A stretch of 64,000 bases of DNA from the human T2T-CHM13v2.0 reference genome, Homo sapiens: assembly GCF_009914755.1 (NCBI RefSeq), contig NC_060928.1; one strand, written 5' to 3'. Both the position numbers and the translations under genes were made by a program. Positions 40,225-53,155 of the stretch are shown here, piece by piece (positions within the stretch are counted from its first letter, which is position 1; each line of letters starts with the position of its first letter). A model generated the notes under the pieces. The model had not been told where the DNA came from and ran no database searches. It saw nothing but the letters and a program-made list of their open reading frames with translations.

Positions 40225-40932
40225 CACTTGCTTTAATGAATGGCCGTGTTCATATATATACATAATAAAATGTTTCACCCATGTAGTTGCCCACTGCTTC
40301 TGAAATGCCATCAATCTCTGTTGATAAGCTGCATTGATTTTGTTATAAATTTGCAACTGTGGAAAATAAACATAGACCTGTCCAGCTGTTCACTTCCTCA
40401 AGCGACTTATCTCCATCTGTTGTGATCAATCTATTCTAGCACTCCTTCAGACTCCCTGCCAATTAATTAATGCCCCTTTGTAAGGTGCTTTCTTCTTGAG
40501 TTCTTCCATGGGGCTTTCCCCAGTATAGGTGAGAGTAGTGGTGAGCCATGAATCAGAGAATAGTAACAATGGTCTGGGGTAGGCAGAGAGGGTGGAATTC
40601 AACTTGACCAGTGTGTCATCCTCAATAGCAAAGAACTCTTTTTCTCCTTTGAGCAGAAAGTCAGTGGCTCCTGTTAAGCAATCACTTGATGCCCTCTAAG
40701 ATCTGAACTCTGCTTAGAGCCCCAGGTTCATCTTGCCATCCTGTACCCATCCTGGCCTTCAGTCAACTGCACTTAGAGACGTCTGAATAACCTGCACCCT
40801 CTGTCTTCGCTGTGATTTTGCATGTGCTGCTCTCTCTGGAAAAGTTTCTTTCCCCCTATTTTGTTTCACTTGATAATCTCACATCCTGCTAATGTATCAT
40901 ATATGCAGGCTACCTTCACAGGCGCTTCCGCC

Positions 40933-41305
40933 TGTATTAGTTTGTTAGTTTTACTGTAACAAACTGCCACAGACTGAGTAGCTTAAACAGCAGAAATTTC
41001 TCACAATTCTGGAAGCTAAAAGTTCAAAGTCAAGGTGTCGACAGATTTCGTTTCTTTTAAGGCCCCTCTTCTTGGATTATGGATGGCAATCTTCTCCCTG
41101 TATCTTCACGTGGTCTTTCTTCTCTTTCTGTGTCCAAATCTCTTCTTATAAAAGACACCAGTTATATTGAATTAGTGCCCACCCTAAAGCCTCATTTTAA
41201 TTATCTTTTAAAAAACCCTGTCTCTGAAAACAGTCACAGTTTGAGATACTTGGGATTAGGATTTCAATGTATGAATATAAAGGAGACACAATTCAGCTTG
41301 TCACG
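40933..41305 (-). mobile_element. MaLR solo LTR, MLT1B-like
   Basis: tgtattagtttg...gcttaaacagcagaaatttctcacaattctggaagctaaaagttcaaagtcaaggtgtc...ggagacacaattcagc. Confidence 0.88.
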
Positions 41306-42159
41306 GGCATTAACTCCAAAAGAGTCCCTTCTGCTGATATTCCTGGCAAGCAACAAGTGCCTCCCTCAGAGCTGGGCTCAGCTGTGTCACGATTATGTGT
41401 TCAGATGTCACCTACTGTAGGCTGTGATCTCTCAAGTCGTGACCTGGCTCCTGTTAGTCTCCTCTCCTCAGTTAGGTAGCAAACTTGTTGGCAGTGTAGG
41501 TGGCTAATTGGTAAATTGGCAAATGATCCAGAAAAAGAGGATCTTGTTAATGGAAATTGTAGTTATTTACTAAACATAATTATGAATTTGTCTTTTTATC
41601 TATCTTCTGTCTTTCTTCCACGTACCACTTAACTGCCATTAATTAGGAGATCGGATATGTCTATAAGTTGCTTTCTACTATAAAGAAAAATTAAGTAATT
41701 TTAATTTCTTCATCAACTTTCAAGATCACACTTAACTTTTATTCGTGCTTAAGTATAATGTTTTTTTATTTTTGTATTTCCCGATATCTTAAAGGATGCG
41801 CCTATATTATGCAATTAGCAGCAGTTAGCATATGGCTATGAGACACGGTGGCTGTGGATGATTTTCCATAGGAGGCATGCTTTAACTTGGACTTGCAAAG
41901 GTGGGGAGTGAGGTGGGATGCAAATAGGTGAACTAGCAAAAGAATATGAAAAGAATACGGAATACACTGTTTGACCTCCCGTCCAGAATTCTCTTCCGGT
42001 CATACATGCTTTAGGAAAAAAGGCCATCATTTTGCATGAGTTTCTCAACCTTTGTACTGGACATCCTTCTATTTACCTGACTTTTCATCAGTCACTAAGA
42101 GACCTTCTGAGGATACAGAAAGGACTAGGAAATAGCAACAAACAGTGGGACAAGAGGTC

Positions 42160-43270
<1,111 letters not shown>

Positions 43271-43575
43271 CTGGGACGAAGCTGGGGCTGGACAAGAAGA
43301 GACAAAGAAGGTACCTGATGGATGAGATCCACTGGAGCTGTAAATCTTCAGCACTTACATCCACTGCCCTGCTGGCTCACGGCCGTGTTTGCTTCAGGTG
43401 TTTAACGAACTGCTGAGAGATCAATAGCATGTGGCAGATAACTGAAAAATTTCCCTTGACTCAATCAAGTGTCTTAAATCCTCATTAATTCTGATGACGT
43501 AAGCCCTTTCTGATTAGCTTAGTTGCTAAATATCCACTCAAAACTGTTGATAAGGGCATAAGAAACTTCATTTCC

Positions 43576-43646
43576 TTAGACCTCTGAACTCTATGTGGGA
43601 TTAGCAGTTCATTGCTGCTAATCCCACAGAGAGTTCAGAGGTCTAA
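43576..43646. repeat. Near-perfect inverted repeat (32-bp arms, 7-nt spacer), hairpin of pre-miRNA size
   Basis: ttagacctctgaactctatgtgggattagcag-ttcattg-ctgctaatcccacagagagttcagaggtctaa; 31/32 pairs, single mismatch 43593/43629. Confidence 0.95.
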
Positions 43647-44837
43647 AATTTTTATTAAATGATATCTTTTCCACAAACATTACACACACAAACACACTTT
43701 AAAAGTATTTATTCATTCATTAAATATATGTATTGCATGGCTAGTATGTACCCAACGTTGAATCATTTTTCAGTACACAAAGCTGAAAACATTGAAGTCT
43801 GAATGAATTTAAAATGTGAGCAGAGAAGCATGCTTCTGACCAAGTAATTTCAGTGTAATACCAAATGTGAAACTGCTTTCATTGACCAAACTAGGCTTTC
43901 AAAGATAAATACAAAAGCTAGCTTCATTCTTTCTTCCATTGCTACTTCAAATTTACTCTCTAGAATGGTACTTTTTCTTGTTTAAAATTATAGAACAATT
44001 CCACAACTTTCCTGATTAGTGTTAGATAAGATTCCATCTCCTCATCCGTTTTGGACATTAAAAATCCAGGTAATAATAGCCAAATAACTCCAATTCAAGT
44101 TAAGGCCATAGGAATATTCAGGACTCTTAGCCACATTAAAGCCCAGGATCTGATTCAAGCTCAAATGTTTTCAGTAGGCAGTGAGTCAAAATTTGCTTCT
44201 TCTCTCTTTGACTCATACTTGCAAAGGTTGGCTACTGATGACTTTGGCTACATTTCTCTCTAGGAATGACCCTTCACTAAAGAGAATTGTTACCTGGAAT
44301 TCCTCTTTCCTTGGCTTATATATAAATTAACCACCAGGTATCAGGATAAAAACTACTATATCAAAGAGTCCATTTCAAAACTCTCCAATCTAGTTATTTC
44401 TCTGGGTTATTCACCAATGATTACTGGATATTTACCAATAGCATCACCCAGGACCCCTTTGTGTGATATTGCCCCATGCTGATGTTCATAAGTGTTATAC
44501 CTGTCGTGCACTTACTCTGCAAAGAGGGGAGAAAAATACACCTCCATGCTTACTCACTGTATCCCCAGGATGGAGCACTGTGCTCAGTATATATTAGAAA
44601 TTTGGCAAACATTTGCTGAACAACTGGAACCAAAAACAATATTGCAGTGCTTTAATTCCAGTAAATTGTTTCTTTGTTAGTTTGCCAAGAGATAGAAGGC
44701 TTCATTTACTACCAACTGATACCAACGTGAGTTAAAACTTCCTCCACAGCTTTTAGCAAGCCCTCTTAAAGACAAGAGGAAACGTAAAAATAAATGAAAT
44801 AAAAACTCAAAGTAAGAAAACATCTTAACCTCTGTAA

Positions 44838-45201
44838 TAGTACTGTCAGAAATATAACGTGTACTACAAATGCAAGCTACCTGCATATTCAGTTTTCTTG
44901 TAGTCACATCAAAAAACAGGAAAAAGCTAAAATGAATTTTACTGATTAATGTATTTTATTTAATATATTAAAAATATTATTTCACCATGTAATCAATATA
45001 AACACTGTTAGATGCTTTGAATTCTGCCTTAGTAACAGTTTTTAAAATCAAATGTACTTTATACTTACAGCAAAATATACAACATGTACATCTGCAAAAT
45101 GTAAGGATATAAGTGTTACAAAAAATCTCAATTAGTAGAAGTAACATTTCCAGTGTTAAATAGCCACATATGCCTAGTAACTATTATGTCATACAGTGCA
45201 G
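44838..45201. mobile_element. MER33/MER3-family hAT MITE
   Basis: gtactgtcagaaatataacgt...tagtcacatcaaaaaa...ttcaccatgtaatcaatata...acatttccagtgttaaatagccacatatgcctagtaact...acagtgcag. Confidence 0.75.
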
Positions 45202-45880
45202 GTGGATAATGTACTCCAACAGGGAATTCTAAGATATATTTCCCCAAACCTCACAGTATTATCTATTATTTTTATGTGTATGTATGTATATATGTAATGT
45301 TTTGTTTTCCAAAACATGTTTTGTAATTCTAGCTGCTAGCAATATCTGGGCTCCAGATTTGCATTTGGTTACTTTGAAGCAACTGTAATTTTCTCCTGCA
45401 TATATTAAAGAAAACTTTTCAGACAATTTAGTTATAAGCATTGGCCAGTGTTTTGTTAGTCTTGCACTACAGATCTTTTAAAAAGCCCCCAATGACCAAT
45501 TCAAAGATTTACTCTTGGTTAGTATTTCGCAGGGCAAGAGAAGGAATAGGTAACTTTGTTAGATTATCTATTAAATACCAATAATCATGTTAAATACTGG
45601 AAGAAAAGAAAGTCTCCTTCAAGGGCATTGGATTCTTGGCTAACAGTAAGCTGGCAGTCAACTGGGTTGGTGAAGTTCTCTGGATATAGCTTAATCTTAT
45701 TAAAATCCAGCAGAAAATCACTTATCATTTTGTCTGGAATACTAATTTCTTCCCAGAAGAAGGGTATTGTGAACTACATTGCTCAAAAGTGTTTTTTGTT
45801 TTTTGTCTTTTCTACAGTAATGGTGTCATTACCTCCTGTTGTTTCAAATTTGGTTTTTTTAAAGAAATGAAATAGGACTA

Positions 45881-46183
45881 GGCTGGGCACAGTGGGTTCA
45901 CGCCTGTAATCTCAGCACTTTGGGAGGCCAAGGCAGGCTGATCACTTGTGGTCAGGAGTTCGAAACCAGCCTGGCCAACATGATGAAACCCAGTCTCTAC
46001 TAAAATACACACAAATTAGCTGGGGGTGGTGGCAGGCAACTTAATCCCAGATACTTGGGAGGCAGAGGCAGGAGAATCATTTGAACCCAGGAGGCGACGG
46101 TTGCAGTGAGCCAAGATCGAGCCATTGCACTGAAACCTGGGGGGATAAGAGCAAGACTTCTCTCAAAAAAAAAAAAAAAAAAA
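45881..46183 (+). mobile_element. AluS SINE (AluSq10-like 3' end) with TSD
   Basis: 3' end gcactgaaacctggggggataagagcaagacttctctc; TSD gaaata(g/t)gacta at 45869-45880 and 46184-46195. Confidence 0.92.
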
Positions 46184-47160
46184 GAAATATGACTATTGAT
46201 AAGTCTTAACTGTTAAAACATAGAGTGTGGGTAAGAAAGTTTTAGATAATGAGGTGAGAAAAAAAGGTTGGGCCTCTAAGTTTTTTATACCATTCTCAGG
46301 AGTTTGGATTGTATGTTTAGCCTCTGGAGAGCTATGTCCACGTCTGAAAAAGTAGAGGTAATTTAGAAAAATCTTATAATAAACCAGGATTGGAAACGTT
46401 GAGATTGCTATCAACACGTCAGCTTCCTAGACATCCTCAAGCCTTCCAGACTGGACTTACATGGAATGACAGAACTTAAATAAAAATGAATCCAATCTCA
46501 TATAGAAGTAGTGGACAACTCAGCATCACTCACTAACTTCCCACTATTTTCCAGCATTTACAAGAGCTTGTATTTCTTATAATGTCTTCCTACTCAATAT
46601 TTTGCTTTCTCTCAAGTCTTTAAATTTTCCCCCTTTTGTTTCTTATAGCTGTTCCCTTTTTCTGTACCAAATATTGATCCAAAGATTAAACAAAATTTAT
46701 TTTACTTTGATTTTCTCAAGGCACTGCTCTGACAGGGCCATTTCTTCAAGTAGAATTTAATTAAATTTGGGAGTTAATGCCAAGTAGGTAACAGCAAAGA
46801 TCCAATCAACACATAACTTATAATTAAATATTAGGTAGCTCCACCCTTCAAAGAATCCGAAAGATTTATCTCTTGGATGCCTTGTCTTCCAGAGATCCCG
46901 TGTCTCATTTTGAGTATGGCCATTTCTCTACCACTTACTCTTGCATTATTTTATTTCTGAGAGCACTTACTCTTTATGTCTGAATCCCAGGCCATCAAGA
47001 TCATATCCTGAAAACTCTTTCCACACCAATGTTCCATTAAAGTGTTTGCAAAGCCATAGGTATCTTCTCCCTCAGATTTCTGCAATTAGCTCTTAAACCA
47101 TCTCCTCCTCCCACCTTCCCCCCATGAAGACTTTTCAACTTCCTTAAAAATAATTTTAGG

Positions 47161-47436
47161 GGCCGGGCGCGGTGGCTCACGCCTGTAATCCCAGCACTTT
47201 GGGAGGCTGAGGCGGGCGGATCACGAGGGCAGGAGATTGAGACCATCCTGGCTAACATGGTGAAACCTCATCTCTACTAAAAACACAAAAAACTTAGTCG
47301 GGCATGGTGGCGGGCCCCTGTAATCTCAACTGCTAGGGAGGCTGACGCAGGAGAATGGCGTGAACCGAGCTTGCAGTGAACTGAGATTGCGCCACTGTAC
47401 TCCATCCTGGGCGACTGAGCGAGACTCCGTCTCAAA
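47161..47436 (+). mobile_element. AluY-type SINE, small internal deletion, essentially no polyA tail
   Basis: ggccgggcgcggtggctcacgcctg...gagactccgtctca; imperfect TSD aaaaataattttagg (47146-47160) / aagaataattctagg (47435-47449). Confidence 0.95.
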
Positions 47437-50400
47437 GAATAATTCTAGGAAATGTAACATTAATGCCAACTAAGACAAAGAGGTAAAATCTCCACTCCCC
47501 AGAGATGGGGGAGATGGGGGAGATGGGGGATTCATGCTGTAGCAAGACACAACAGGCAGTGCTCCTATACGTAAGAGCAAGGATGCAAAATAAAAAATAA
47601 ACGGCGGAAGTCTCCTCTGCAGGTGCCTGGTGAGGTCATTCTAAGCTTTCTCCGGTAAATGCAAATCATCAAGCAAAATCATGACATTTGTCAAGGAATT
47701 CTGAGGATGCCTTTTAGATTCTGGTCCACTTTCCCAATCAGACACCTCAAAACCATGCCTTCCACTTAGAATCAAAAAGATTTCTACATAATAATTCACT
47801 TAAAACAGTTCCACCTTTGGAAAGAGTGGTTTCATCTGTTACCTGTAGAATAGTCCAGATGAAAAAAGTTTTTGTAGTTATTGTAGCCCCTGTGTGAGAA
47901 AATGAAACATAGACTGGCAGCTTCATGCAAATACTGCAATTCTGCCTTTGTGTTCACAATGTGTAATCACTGTGTGCTGTGGAGTGAGCGCATGCTGCCT
48001 CTAAATGGAAGACCTCTGAAGCAAGGGGATCCTTAGGACCGTAACCTCGGCCCAGGCACATGCTCAGTTCCAACTCTGCATAATCAGCGTTGCAGCACCT
48101 TCTCTTCATTATTGAAATGGAACAATATTTTATTTTCAAACAGTATTTTTTGAAATGAAATACTGTTCGAAAAGCCTGCCCTATATTTTGCTTACCAGTT
48201 TTCTTTGTCATCCCTAGAATTAAAATAAGAAAGAATAAAACAAACAAAATCATTCTTCAACCAATCAACTCAAAATATGTTTCTATATTTAAATGTGTCT
48301 GAAATGCCCCTATTTTCTTCTGCATTTTATCATCACCTACCAAAATGTCAGGGTATAAGTGTCACAAAATTGTTTTACTTCAAGTTCAGCTGTTTTGTTG
48401 GAATTTATTAGACAAAGCTAAAGAGTTTTCTGTGTGGGAACAAAAGAGTGTTACATGCAATGTACAAAAATCCCTAAAACTTTTGGCATTTCTGCTTTAA
48501 GATGGGTAGAAATTGGCTGCAATTTTTTAAAATTATTATATAATATTTATCATTTGTTAGATTAACAAAATCATTTCAAAAGTTGGAATACCCCAAAAGT
48601 TTTATTAGGGGAAGGAGAGAAGAGTGGGAAAAAAAATAATAACATATATTGCCCAAACATTTTACGTAGATACCGGATCAGTTACTTTACATGCGTTATC
48701 ACTAAATCTTCACCAAAACTTCAGGTCATAGGAGTTATGTGCCCCATTCACATTTAAGGTACATAAAGATTTAAAATTGTAATTCCATGGAAGTGAAATA
48801 GAAAATTTAGACTACATTTTGTCAAGCTGGAGAGTTATTGTGTTCCACTTTCATCAATCAGGGATCTTCCAGGAGAGGTTAAAAATAAGAGAGAAAAGTG
48901 AATGTGCTTCCAATAATTATAAGTATTTTTAGTGTAGCCAAAGAAGGCAATTAAGAAGAGATTTCATATGCATTTGCTCAAAGCATGTTGTGAACTCTGC
49001 ATTTGGCCCTGACTTCAGACTCAGGTTAGAAGCCGCAGAGCAAAATAAAGCCTCATTATGTTATAGTACCACGGAGTCACTGATTTCAAGCAGTGTCCAC
49101 AGCTTCCCATCAGCCATCTTCATTAGTCTTGATTCCAAACGCTTTTGGCAGTTTCGAGATATTCAGTCAACTTCCAAAGGACTAAGATTTTGCCAAGTGT
49201 TGTCACTGGTTAGCATAGAGAAGAGTCAGCACCAAAGGTAGTTCCCCAAAAACGGCAGTTTCAGAGTTCTTTTTAGTAATGGCAGCCCTGTTGGTATGAA
49301 TGGAGCGCTGCCTACAGGGACAGTTAGGAGATAGGAGTGCAAATTCTCAAGCAGCTGGTTAAAATTAGCACTTTCTTCAATCATGAATACCTCCGCATGA
49401 CCAAATGTGTCAACAAAATATGCTTATTTTAGGAGTTTACTTATATGTAACTGAAAATATAACTTAAACATCAGGTGATTTTATTCAGTAATAGATGCAG
49501 ATATTTCAGATTATATAAAAGTACCTTATGATATAAACTGTTAGGCTAAAAACTTTAAATACATGAGTACGTATGTATGTGTATATATGTGCATATATAA
49601 ATATATATGTGTATATATATTTCAGATTTTTTAACATTTGTGTGTGCATAATATGTATGGATGTGTTTCTAGAAGCCAGATGGTTATAATTCCAGTGATG
49701 CAGATATAATATGATATCAATTAACTTGGCAATATAGCCCAGGGGAAGGAGGTAAACAAAAGTCACAGCTCTGGTGAAAAGAAAAATAATATTTACAAAC
49801 TTCTGTTTAAAATACAAAGGTGAGATGATCAATTAAGGAGCCAGAAGTTCAGGAAGTTAATTGAGATCCAGTCCACTAAGAGCTTTCAATGTCAAAGTAA
49901 TATCTTAATTATAAACCTAATACAATTTTCATCTGTTTGATATCTGCTGCCAAGGACAAGTAATGTATAATTTTATCTCATCAAAATATCCCAGCCAGTT
50001 CAAGAATCAGAGGTGTTATAGCTTGAGAAGATTAATGTCTATAGATGGGACACAGTTTGGCTATTTGTATTATTATTTTTTGAATAGCAATTTTTTTGGC
50101 AATGTTCCCTGGTTGTTTTTCATTTATTTCTCTTTTTTTTTTTTAACAAATTAGCACAAATGGGCACTCAACATCAATGAAGTAACAGCAAAGTCACATA
50201 ATAAAAGCATGGAATTAAGACAAGCTGAAGATTCGGATGCAATAAAACAACCACCCATTATTATCTCAGTGGTTACTGTGCCTCATTTAATCTAATTCTA
50301 CTTTGTTCACGTGAACAAATTAACTTTTAAAAATTAACTTTATTGAGGTAAAATTTACATAGGATCAAATCCAGTCATTTAAAATGCTCAATAAGTTTTA

Positions 50401-50824
50401 ACAATATATATACCTATGCAACCACTTCATACGTATTTTTACACACTGCATGTGTGTACATATATGTACACTCACACTACATATTTGTGTACATTCAAAT
50501 ACACATACTACATAAATATAAGTAACTATATACTATGTATACACTATATATATATATAAACTGCTTATATGCTTGATTATATAATAAGCAGTGAAACTCC
50601 AATTTCCAAATGACACTGTGGTATAGTGGGAAACGCATTTGACTATAAATCAAGAAATCTAAATACTGGTGTTTGAGGGAGTCTGCTAAATAGCACTTTT
50701 TCTCTCTCAGCTCTGCACGCATTGAGGAATGAGGTAAAAGACTAAGATGGGAAAGAGACAGTGATGAGCTGAATCTGTCTTGTGTAACCTTATGAGAGCT
50801 AATTGTGTGCATGTCTTTTCAAGT

Positions 50825-50950
50825 CCTCATTCATTGACGTCACGGTCATAGTGAAATGAGTCTAGGTGGAGGTATTTATACCACAGAAGTCTGCAGATGC
50901 TGCAAGTCTGATATTTTTTTCTTAGAGTCAAGTGTTAGTTTATCAGCATG
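50825..50950 (-). mobile_element. MER63-like hAT element fragment
   Basis: tgacgtcacgg...gtgaaat...ggtggaggtatttataccacagaagtctgcagatgctgcaagtctg...ttatcagca. Confidence 0.65.
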
Positions 50951-52207
50951 ATCCTATTAAGATATCAAAATATTACTATTACTAATGGAGAAAATATTGG
51001 TCAAGTGGGCCTCCCAGTGCTGAACTTGGAATTTAGAGTTTTCATTCTCATCCTGGCACCATAGTCCATTCCCAGACTACCTGGTCTCTGGAATGAGCTC
51101 CCTGCATAGCCAACAGCTATAAAAACTCATGCCTTATGTAAGGAGGTCTTCCCCAAAGAAAAAGAAAGGAGCACCTTGGCTATATATGCCCTGGCCTTGC
51201 TTTTGCATAAACTAATTAGATAAGCAATCCATCTCCCATGGGAGGACAGATAGGGGCAAACAGAGGCAGGGGTTTTATACTGATGGAACCCCTTTACTTT
51301 GAAGAAAATCTCAAATGTGAGGGAGAATCTGCCCATATTTTCCCTGCACCCCCAAAGCTGAATTTAGGACAGTTCTGTTTCTAAATATTTCTTGGGCCCA
51401 TTATTAATGCTTTTGTAAGAATAGTTTCCACCACTATAAAATAATTTTTAAAATAGCTTCAGATAATTTCAAAGGGGCCTCTGATGCCACATTTCTATTA
51501 TTTACAATTCTAGGTTTCTGTATCTGTAATGTACTGCAGCAAAAGTTTGAATTCTATTTTAGTGCATTTATAAATTCTAAGGAACTGATCCTTTCCACTC
51601 TGCAACCCCACCTTTCATCAGGTCATTTTTGAAAGCTTTTAACAGAGGGCAAATGGGAAGAGTGCTTTGACCTTCTTCGACATGAGACCAAAGTCAGCGT
51701 GAATAAATGAGCTGCTATTCTAATATATATGATGGATCTATTTCATATTATTATCTAGCAGCTGAAGTGAAGTTTTCTTTTCCCTTCTGAGTTTATTGTT
51801 GAAAATAACTGCCTTTTCACCTAAAAAGAACTCTAGCTGCAGATTCTTGCAGATTTGATCTTACTCAGTGATTGTCAAGAAGTTCATAGACCTTCAAATA
51901 TGTGATTGCCCGTGTTGTGTGCTTCTACTTCTTTTATGGTTCTTATTATTCTCTGATATAACTTGTTTTTAATCAACCTATGAGTTCCTTGAGTCTTTCA
52001 TCTGTATCCTTAATGTCCAGTGGAGTGATTGGAATGACAGTAGTTTGCAATATTTACTAGAGGTTTCAGGAAATGTATGATGAGCCAAGACTGTTCTGAA
52101 GTATTTATCTAACTCATGGTCAAAAATACATATGCATACAGCAGCCAGTTCCAATGCCTGGAGATGCAGGGATTTCAGATGAAAATGTCTAACAACAGGA
52201 ATTCAGT

Positions 52208-52660
52208 TGTTTTAGTCTGTTTCGTGTTGCTATAACAAAATATCTAAGACTGGGTAGTTTATAGGAAGAGTTTTATTTGGCTTATGATTCTACAGACTGG
52301 AAAGTTCAAGACTGGGCATCTGCAGCTGGTGAAGGCATCAGGCTGCTTCAAATCATGGTGGAAAGCAAAAAGGGAAGCAAACTGGCATATGCAAGGAGGT
52401 CACATGGCAAAAGAGGAAGGAGGAGAGAAAAACTGAGGAAGTCAGCCTATTTTTAACGACCTGCTCTTGCAGGAACTAATTTATTTTAGTGAGAGTGAGA
52501 ACACATTCAATCCTCATGGGTGGGCATTCATCTATTAATGAAGGATCTACCCTCATAACTCAAGCACCTCTCCCTCGGCCCCATCTCTCAATGCAACGCA
52601 GCCACATTAGGTATCAAATTTTAACAGGAGTTTTGGTGGGAGCAAAGCAAACCTTAGTAC
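52208..52660 (-). mobile_element. MaLR solo LTR, MSTB1/B2-like
   Basis: tgttttagtctgtttcgtgttgctataacaaaatatctaagactgggtag...ctgggcatctgcagctggtgaaggcatcaggctgcttc...aaattttaacaggagttttggtggg. Confidence 0.88.
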
Positions 52661-53155
52661 CAATCAAAAAAGCAGTCATTGTGTGCTTCAACTAAATGTG
52701 ACCCTTTGATCCAAACTCACTTCTCTATTACAATATACCACCATGTATGCTATTAATTGAATTACTTCTAACATCAAGGGAAAATCAGAACTCAAATGAG
52801 CATGATGACAAAGACTGATGTGGAGGTCATTTTGTTTGATCTTCTAAATCAGCAGAGTAGGAGAGCAAATCCCCCCTGCAGGAGGCAGGACATCTTTCCC
52901 TGCTATCAAATGAACAATCATAGACAACACAATGACTTGCAAAACCTAATTTTAATTATAAAAAAAAATCCAAATTGGAATGATGATGCTTGAATTACTT
53001 CAATGTCTTTTCAGAAGCAAAGTTAACTTTAAAAATAAACCATTTACTTATAAAATTGCCAAACAAATATTTGTAGATTGCCCTGTGTACGTCAAGGGTT
53101 GCTCAAAGCAGGGTAGAGGGAAAGTATACAGATAACCTATGCAAAACAAAAATTT

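Noticed and set aside
47502-47530. (GAGATGGGG)3 as a G-quadruplex
   Set aside because: Only three G-runs, so not a canonical four-tract intramolecular G4.
47954-48253. 99-aa minus-strand ORF with Cys/His-rich C-terminus
   Set aside because: No recognisable domain, no convincing flanking splice sites, AT-rich low-information N-terminus; treated as non-coding.
50445-50560. Short palindromes in TA/CA-rich tract (gtgtacatatatgtacac)
   Set aside because: Expected self-complementarity of alternating purine-pyrimidine low-complexity DNA.
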